A stretch of DNA of 64,000 nucleotides from Longimicrobiales bacterium (GTDB lineage: Bacteria; Gemmatimonadota; Gemmatimonadetes; Longimicrobiales; Gaopeijiaceae). This document shows, piece after piece, positions 58,115 to 64,000 of this stretch. The stretch is taken from positions 576,001 through 640,000 of the forward strand of contig JAWLHJ010000003.1 of assembly GCA_041690395.1 (NCBI GenBank). The letters are read 5' to 3'. Position 1 is the stretch's first letter. Each line of letters starts with the position of its first letter. The notes below the pieces were generated by a model. The model ran no database searches, had not been told where the DNA came from, and saw only the letters and a list, made by a program, of their open reading frames with translations. The position numbers were made by a program, and so were the translations under genes.

Positions 58115-58143
58115 ATTATCACGAGGAGGGTCCGATCCGTCAA
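58115..58143 (-). promoter_or_regulatory. Sigma70-type promoter for the leader/tRNA-Asn transcript
   Basis: TTGACG (58143-58138), 17-bp spacer, GATAAT (58120-58115). Confidence 0.8.
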
Positions 58144-58152
58144 GCCGTCTCT

Positions 58153-59133
58153 CTATCCGCCCGTCTGGGACAGCGCCACGAGCCCACCCGACCCGACCGC
58201 GCTCCCCTGGACCAGATGGTGCCGCTCGGGCTTCACCCGCAGCGTCTCCTCGATCAGCGGGCGGATGTCGTCGCCGGCGCGGAGCGGGTCGCGGAGATTC
58301 GTCTGGAGCGACCCGAACAGGCACGGGCGTAGCTGCCCGTCGGCCGTGAGACGCATGCGGTTGCAGCGGTCGCAGTAGTTGTGGCTCATCGGGGTGATGA
58401 CACCGACGGTGCCGGGCGCTCCCGGGAAGCGATGATAGCGTGCGGGTCCGTTCCCGAACGGCCCGTCCACCGGCTCGAGCTGTTCGATGGCGCGCACCCG
58501 CCTGAGCGCCTCGGCGCACGACACGAAGCTTCCGGCGCTCAGGTCGAGGTTCGCCCCCGTCGGCATCATCTCGATGAAACGGATGTGCCAGGGTCGCTCA
58601 CGCGTGATCCGGGCGAAATCCTCGATCTCGTCGTCGTTCTGACCCCGGATGAGCACGACGTTGATCTTGATGGGCGCGAAGCCCGCTTCCTCGGCGGCCC
58701 GGAGCCCGTCCATGATCTTGGGATACGAGCCCGGACGCCGCGCGATCTCGTCGACGCGGTCGGGCCGGAGCGAGTCGAGGGACACGTTCAGCCGGTGGAC
58801 GCCCGCGGCGCGTAGCGCGTCGGCGTGCTCCGCGAGCAGCACCGCGTTCGTCGACAGCGAGAGATCCTCGATCCCCGGCACCCTGGACAACATGGCCGCC
58901 AGCTCCGGAAGGTCGCGGCGCACCAGCGGCTCGCCCCCCGTGATCCGAACCCGCTTGAGCCCCATGCCGGCCATCGTGCGCACGATCCGCTCGATCTCCT
59001 CGTAGCTCAGGAGCGCTTCGCGCTTCAACCAGGGCAGCCCTTCCATGGGCATGCAGTACACGCAGCGGAGGTTGCACTTGTCGGTGACCGAGATCCTCAG
59101 GTACTCGACGCGGCGTCCGAACTGGTCGATCAC
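58153..59133 (-). CDS. moaA: GTP 3',8-cyclase
   Basis: LRISVTDKCNLRCVYC, TGGEP, CDRCNR..C, terminal GG. Confidence 0.95.
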   Translation of the reverse strand: MIDQFGRRVEYLRISVTDKCNLRCVYCMPMEGLPWLKREALLSYEEIERIVRTMAGMGLKRVRITGGEPLVRRDLPELAAMLSRVPGIEDLSLSTNAVLLAEHADALRAAGVHRLNVSLDSLRPDRVDEIARRPGSYPKIMDGLRAAEEAGFAPIKINVVLIRGQNDDEIEDFARITRERPWHIRFIEMMPTGANLDLSAGSFVSCAEALRRVRAIEQLEPVDGPFGNGPARYHRFPGAPGTVGVITPMSHNYCDRCNRMRLTADGQLRPCLFGSLQTNLRDPLRAGDDIRPLIEETLRVKPERHHLVQGSAVGSGGLVALSQTGG

Positions 59134-59600
59134 GATGCGTCTCCCGTCGTCGCGGTCGCGGACGCTCCGCCGGATCCCGGCGGCGCGGTCCCCTCGACCC
59201 AGCTCGCCTCGCCGTCCACATAGCGCTCCTTCTTCCACACCGGAAGGCGCTTCTTGATCTCCTCGATGACGTACCGGGACGCCTCGTACGACTCGGCCCG
59301 GTGGGGGCTCGACACCGCGATCGCGACACTCACCTCGCCGATGGCCAGCTCGCCGGTGCGGTGCACCACGGAGAGCCGGTCGGTCCCGAGCGTCTCCGCG
59401 GCCTCGCCGGCGATCTCACGCAAGACGCCGCTCGCCATGGCCTCGTACGCCTCGTAGTGCATGCCCCGCACGGAGCGGCCGTCCGCGTGGTTCCGTACGA
59501 CGCCCAGGAACAGCAGCACCGCCCCGTCCTCGTCGGAGCCGACGTGGGCGAGGACCCGCTCCGGGTCGATGGGGTCGGATTGCACGACGGCGCGCACCAC
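59130..59600 (-). CDS. moaE: Molybdopterin synthase catalytic subunit
   Basis: F.GVVR, YEAY, HRTG, SPHR, PVWKKE. Confidence 0.95.
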   Translation of the reverse strand: MVRAVVQSDPIDPERVLAHVGSDEDGAVLLFLGVVRNHADGRSVRGMHYEAYEAMASGVLREIAGEAAETLGTDRLSVVHRTGELAIGEVSVAIAVSSPHRAESYEASRYVIEEIKKRLPVWKKERYVDGEASWVEGTAPPGSGGASATATTGDAS

Positions 59601-59603
59601 GGC

Positions 59604-59855
59604 TCAGCCCCCCGCCACCGGAGGTATGAACGCGACCTCGTCGCCGGCCGACAGACGCTCGTCGGGTCCCGCGTAGGTCTGGTTCACGGCGACGGCCGGC
59701 TGCTCGGGGAGCCCGTCGAAAGGCGCTCCGCGGTCCCGGAGGCTTCGCACCAGATCCCGCACGGTCGCGTCCGGCGCCACCTCCACGGACAGCTCGGACG
59801 TGCCGAGCAGGTCACGGTAGGCGGCGAAGAACAGCGTTCGGACGGAAAGGGACAT
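59604..59855 (-). CDS. moaD: Molybdopterin synthase sulfur carrier
   Basis: FFAA, AVN, DEVAFIPPVAGG. Confidence 0.95.
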   Translation of the reverse strand: MSLSVRTLFFAAYRDLLGTSELSVEVAPDATVRDLVRSLRDRGAPFDGLPEQPAVAVNQTYAGPDERLSAGDEVAFIPPVAGG

Positions 59856-59945
59856 GTGGCCCGGGCGGATGGAGGGTCGCGGTGCGGCCGACCGGCGCCG
59901 TGATCACGCCGGTCACCTTCAGAGTGAGGGACCCCGAACCGGCGG

Positions 59946-60527
59946 TCAACGTTCCGCCGCGCCGCCCTTCCCGGAATGTCCGGACGATTCCCCACCGGGC
60001 CGCCTCCGCCTTTCGTCCTCCCCACCCCGGTTCCGGATGGCCCGGATGCGTCGCCCGATCTCGACCCTCAACTCGTACAGCTGCAGAACCTGGGCGGGCG
60101 ACAGAACCTCCTGGAGACGTGCCTGCTCCTCACGGACGAGCTCGGCCTCACGGAGCCGGAGCGCCACGAAGTGCTCGAGTAGCGCGGCCGAGGCGGAGTC
60201 GTCCGGCGTCTCGGCGGCGAGGAGCTCCTCCGCGCGTTCTTTGGCCTCCCGCTCCTCCCGCGCCAAGGCGTGACGCCTGACCTCGTACTCCCGTGCGATG
60301 GCCGACAACTCTTCGGCCTCCTCCTCCGTCAATCCCAACCGGTGCTGGATGATCTCGCCCATCCGGGCCCGTATCCGCTCCTCGAGCCGCGACCGGTCCT
60401 GCCCCTCCCTGGGCCGATCCGGCGTGCGCTGAGCCGACAGCGGGACGGAGGACGCGGCGAGCATGAGCGCTCCGGCCAGCACGAGAAGCCGGGTCGTCGA
60501 GCGGCCCACGTTCGAGCCGCGCGTCAT
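59946..60527 (-). CDS. Exported helical protein, Spy/CpxP-like
   Basis: Signal peptide, LGLTEEE and VLSPAQ (LTxxQ-like) motifs; third gene of the ECF module. Confidence 0.65.
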   Translation of the reverse strand: MTRGSNVGRSTTRLLVLAGALMLAASSVPLSAQRTPDRPREGQDRSRLEERIRARMGEIIQHRLGLTEEEAEELSAIAREYEVRRHALAREEREAKERAEELLAAETPDDSASAALLEHFVALRLREAELVREEQARLQEVLSPAQVLQLYELRVEIGRRIRAIRNRGGEDERRRRPGGESSGHSGKGGAAER

Positions 60528-60994
60528 GAGCCACCACCTACGTCGGCGAGATCCGCGAGCAGCGCTTCGAGCGCGTCGTCGGAGAGATCCTCGAGCACGA
60601 CGGAGCCGGCGACCGTGCCTTCCCCGAGTACCCAGGGCCAGCCCTCCTCGACCTCCATCGCGAACGCAGGGGCGACAACGCCGACGCCGTCGCCGGACGT
60701 GAGCCCGATCCCCAGCGCCAGAGCGGCCACGGCGGCCGCGGCCATCGCCCACCAGGGACGATGGACAGCCTGCCGGTCGAACGCCACGGCGCGCCGGACC
60801 CGCGTCGCCAGGTCGTCGGCCGTCGTCGGTCGGGACTCGAGAAGCGCGCGCACCAACGCCAGCTCTGCGTCGCACTCCGCGCAACTCGCGACGTGCGCCT
60901 CGAGCCGGACGCGCGCGTCGCCGGCGAGAAGTCCGTGCACGAGCTCGGGAATCGCTTCCCTCACCACACCGCAATCGATCGCATTCATGTTCAT
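60524..60994 (-). CDS. zf-HC2 (ZAS) membrane anti-sigma factor
   Basis: HVASCAEC (HxxxCxxC) plus one TM segment. Confidence 0.85.
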   Translation of the reverse strand: MNMNAIDCGVVREAIPELVHGLLAGDARVRLEAHVASCAECDAELALVRALLESRPTTADDLATRVRRAVAFDRQAVHRPWWAMAAAAVAALALGIGLTSGDGVGVVAPAFAMEVEEGWPWVLGEGTVAGSVVLEDLSDDALEALLADLADVGGGS

Positions 60995-61548
60995 CGCATC
61001 AGCTCCCTCAGGCGCCGGATGCCGTGGAAATAGTTCACCCTCGCCGCCCCTTCGCTCGATCCGGTGATCTCTCCGATCTCCCGGAAGCTGAGCCCCTCCT
61101 CGGTCCGCAGCGCGACGGAAAGCCGCTGCTTCTCGGGTAGCGTGCCCAACGCGGCCCGGGCGCGCCGGGCCTGGTCGTTCATGGTGGCCCTCTCGGCCGG
61201 ATCGGGGTGGTCGGTCACGACTTCCGCCGCGTCCTCGAGAGAGGTCTCGCCCCGACGCCCGGCCTTCCTGAGCGCACCCTTTGCCTCGTTCGCGGTGATG
61301 CGGAGGAGCCAGGTGCGGAACGAAGCGTCACCCCGGAAGCCGTCGAGCGCCCGCATCGCCTTCACGAACGCATCCTGAACGACGTCCTCGGCCGCCCCGG
61401 GCTCGCGCAGATAGGAGAGCGCGAGCCGGTAGGCACCGTCCTGGTGACGCCGGACCAGAGCGTCGAGCGCCCCGTCATCGCCTTGTTGAGCACGCCGGAC
61501 CAACTCCGTGTCGGGAATCTCCGAACCACCCCGCTCATCGTCATTCAC
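60991..61548 (-). CDS. ECF sigma-70 factor
   Basis: AEDVVQDAF, FRTWLLRI, LP..QR, GLSFREI. Confidence 0.92.
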   Translation of the reverse strand: MNDDERGGSEIPDTELVRRAQQGDDGALDALVRRHQDGAYRLALSYLREPGAAEDVVQDAFVKAMRALDGFRGDASFRTWLLRITANEAKGALRKAGRRGETSLEDAAEVVTDHPDPAERATMNDQARRARAALGTLPEKQRLSVALRTEEGLSFREIGEITGSSEGAARVNYFHGIRRLRELMR

Positions 61549-61669
61549 CGATGATCAGACGCTCGAAGGGGTCGATCCGTTAGGTGCGATCCGGAAGATG
61601 CTCCGACAACCCGCGCGTGTGGCACGGCCCGCAACCGTTCCTGGCGCGGTCAGGCCCGGTGGCCGGGCA

Positions 61670-61969
61670 TCACACCTTGGGCTTGTCGAGCTTCTCGACG
61701 CGCGCGCGGAGGTGCTTGGACGGCTTGAACACCGGAACGGAGCGGGAGGGAACCTCGACCTGCTCCCCGGTGCGTGGATTACGGGCCATGCGTGTCTTGC
61801 GCTTCCGGACCTTGAAGGTCCCGAACCCGCGGATCTCGATGTTCTCGCCCTGGGCCAGAGCGAGCTTCACCGCGTTGAGGAAGCCGTCGACGACGAGCGC
61901 GCAGTCCTTCTTGGTGATTCCTGGGCCAATGGCTTCGGTCACCTGTTCGACCAGGTCCGCCTTCGTCAT
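61670..61969 (-). CDS. HU/IHF-family DNA-binding protein
   Basis: MTKADL, IEIRGFGTF, ARNPRTGE, FKPS. Confidence 0.95.
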   Translation of the reverse strand: MTKADLVEQVTEAIGPGITKKDCALVVDGFLNAVKLALAQGENIEIRGFGTFKVRKRKTRMARNPRTGEQVEVPSRSVPVFKPSKHLRARVEKLDKPKV

Positions 61970-62062
61970 GCTCCCTCCAGAGCGGGTTCTCAAACTAGAA
62001 AGGCGCCGTCCGAGGGTCGGACGGGCGTGCCAGGGTAACGGGCGCGATCTTTCGCCGCAAGA

Positions 62063-63202
62063 CTACGGGAGTCGTTGCGCGGTAGGAACTTGCGCCTCCC
62101 TGCGCTTTTCCATGAGCGACACGAAGCGATCGAAGAGATACCGGCTGTCGTGAGGGCCCGGCGCGGCCTCCGGATGGTACTGCACCGCGAAGACCGGAAG
62201 CGTCCGGTGTTCGATACCCTCGACCGTATGGTCGTAGAGGTTCAGGTGCGTGAGGCGTAGCTCGGGCGCACCCGGAATGGTGCCGTCGTCGGCGCTCCGC
62301 ACCGCGAAGCCGTGATTCTGCGACGTGATCTCGACGGTGCCGCGCTCGAGGTTCTTCACGGGATGGTTTCCACCGTGGTGGCCGAACGGGAGCTTGTACG
62401 TCTCCGCGCCGAACGCCCTCGAGATCAGCTGGAGGCCGAGGCAGATCCCGAAGACGGGCACGCCGGCCTCCGCGAGCTGCACGATGGCGTCCCGCGCCTC
62501 GCCGACCGCGGCGGGGTCGCCGGGCCCGTTCGAGACGAAGAGGCCGTCGGGCGCTGCGGCCGCGACCTCGGCGGCCGACGTGTCCGCGGGAATGACGGTC
62601 ACGCGGCATCCGCGCTCGGCGAGCAGCTTGGGGGAGTGCGCCTTGACACCGAAGTCGTACGCCAGCACGTGGAAACGCTCTTCGCCCACCGCGGGAATCT
62701 CGTAGCTCGCTCGGGTCGAGACACCGACCGCGAGATCGAGGCCCTCCATCAGCGGATGGGCCTGGATCCGTTCCATGGCCTCGGCCTCGGGCGTGTCCGC
62801 CGAGGCGATGGCGCCGCGCATGGCCCCGTGCGAGCGGATGTGGCGGGTGAGCGCCCTCGTATCGATGTCGGTGATGCCGGCGACGCCGTGCGTTCCCAGA
62901 TAGTCGCCGAGACCGCCTTCGGCGCGCCACGACGAGTGCATGCGGGACGCCTCGCGCATGATGAAGCCGGACACCCGCGGACTCTCGGACTCCCGGTCCT
63001 CGTCGTTCACACCGTAGTTCCCGATCATGGGATACGTCATCGTCACCAGCTGGCCGGTATACGACGGATCCGTCAGGATCTCCTGGTATCCGGTCATGCA
63101 GGTATTGAACACGACCTCGCCGACGGTCAGGTCGGTGGCTCCCACGGAGAGGCCGTCGAAGCGGCGGCCGTCCTCCAGGAGCAGGTAGGCGTTGGATTCC
63201 AC
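62063..63202 (-). CDS. carA: Carbamoyl-phosphate synthase small subunit
   Basis: GEVVFNT.MTGYQE..TDPSY, SNGPGDP, GICLG, QNHGF, QYHPE. Confidence 0.96.
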   Translation of the reverse strand: MESNAYLLLEDGRRFDGLSVGATDLTVGEVVFNTCMTGYQEILTDPSYTGQLVTMTYPMIGNYGVNDEDRESESPRVSGFIMREASRMHSSWRAEGGLGDYLGTHGVAGITDIDTRALTRHIRSHGAMRGAIASADTPEAEAMERIQAHPLMEGLDLAVGVSTRASYEIPAVGEERFHVLAYDFGVKAHSPKLLAERGCRVTVIPADTSAAEVAAAAPDGLFVSNGPGDPAAVGEARDAIVQLAEAGVPVFGICLGLQLISRAFGAETYKLPFGHHGGNHPVKNLERGTVEITSQNHGFAVRSADDGTIPGAPELRLTHLNLYDHTVEGIEHRTLPVFAVQYHPEAAPGPHDSRYLFDRFVSLMEKRREAQVPTAQRLP

Positions 63203-63373
63203 TCGGGTCCTCGCGACGACGGAAAGCGACAGAGTCGCCGGAAACCTACCCAGGAGGGATGACCGGTCAAGCGTGGCGCTCCCCTACGCGCCGGCCCACC
63301 GGGTTGATTAGGTTGCCGGCCTCCGGGCGGCGCGCCGCCCTTCCCTACCCGAACCCCGCTCGCGGACCCGGTC

Positions 63374-63949
63374 TTGGACACGCTGTACGTACACGCCGAC
63401 GAATCCTGCCTCGGAAACCAGTTTCGTGAGCGCGCCAATCCCGGCGGCGCCGGCGGGCTCGTGGAGATCTGGCGGAACGGCGCCTGGGAGCGACGCGACT
63501 ACTGGATCTCGGAGCCGGACACGACCAACAACCGCATGGCGATCCGGAGCGCCATCGAGCTCCTCGGGGCCCTTCGGCGCCCCTGCCGTGTGATCTTCGT
63601 CTCGGACAGCCAGTACCTGGTGAAAGGCATCCGTGAGTGGCTTCCGGGATGGAAGCGGCGCGGCTGGAAGCGGAAGGGCGGACCCATCGAGAACCTGGAG
63701 CTCTGGCAGCGGCTCGACGGGCTCCTCCAGCGTCACGACGTGCAGCCACGTTGGGTCAAGGGCCACGCCGGGCATCCGGAAAACGAGTACGTCGACCACC
63801 TCGCCACGACGGCGGCGAAGGAGCTCACTCAGAGTGGTGGGCTGCTCCCGTCGGGGTTCGGCGAGTGGTTGGAGGACGAGCGCGAGCGCGGGAGGTACCT
63901 GGACTACATGGAGTTCACCCCGCCCGAGGAACGGTACGGAAGCTCCTGA
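63374..63949 (+). CDS. rnhA: Ribonuclease HI
   Basis: ADESCLGN, TTNNRM, SDSQY, WVKGHAGHPENE..D. Confidence 0.9.
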   Translation: MDTLYVHADESCLGNQFRERANPGGAGGLVEIWRNGAWERRDYWISEPDTTNNRMAIRSAIELLGALRRPCRVIFVSDSQYLVKGIREWLPGWKRRGWKRKGGPIENLELWQRLDGLLQRHDVQPRWVKGHAGHPENEYVDHLATTAAKELTQSGGLLPSGFGEWLEDERERGRYLDYMEFTPPEERYGSS

Positions 63950-63978
63950 GGGGGTTCGTGCCCCGGGTCAGGGTTTTT
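63945..63978 (+). terminator. Probable rnhA terminator
   Basis: CCTGA..GGGG / CCCC..TCAGG stem followed by GTTTTT. Confidence 0.5.
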
Positions 63979-64000
63979 CGTCGAGGACGGCTCCGAATCG

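Noticed and set aside
1..64000. CRISPR arrays, IS elements, prophage or anti-phage defence genes
   Set aside because: No regularly spaced repeats, transposase, integrase or phage structural motifs recognised by eye.

Overview
High-GC bacterial chromosomal segment; the ADOP permease, HU, RNase HI and TonB-receptor repertoire suggests Gemmatimonadota, which is an inference. It holds about 55 CDS and one tRNA-Asn(GTT). No CRISPR array, prophage or transposase was recognised. Content: an OprC-like TonB receptor preceded by a Cys/His-rich QAPP-ending uORF; a LuxR/methyltransferase pair; a C39-peptidase / RimK ATP-grasp / GCS2 ligase / formylglutamate-hydrolase operon; a CarH-like B12 regulator heading a carotenoid operon with a CrtE-CrtB fusion; rpiA-rpe coupled to a phosphorelay; aroF; argR/argGH; a peptide/amino-acid catabolic operon; moaDEA; an ECF sigma module; HU; carA; rnhA. 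The most striking signal is outside the annotated genes. The tRNA-Asn gene lies behind a sigma70-type promoter, an apparently leaderless 25-codon ORF with 8 Asn codons, and alternative anti-antiterminator/antiterminator/terminator hairpins. This looks like a ribosome-mediated attenuator controlling a tRNA gene through its own decoding. A second attenuator of the same design (YWYY peptide) precedes aroF, and a structured switch-like leader precedes argG. All functional calls come from motif recognition by eye; no database search or folding program was run.
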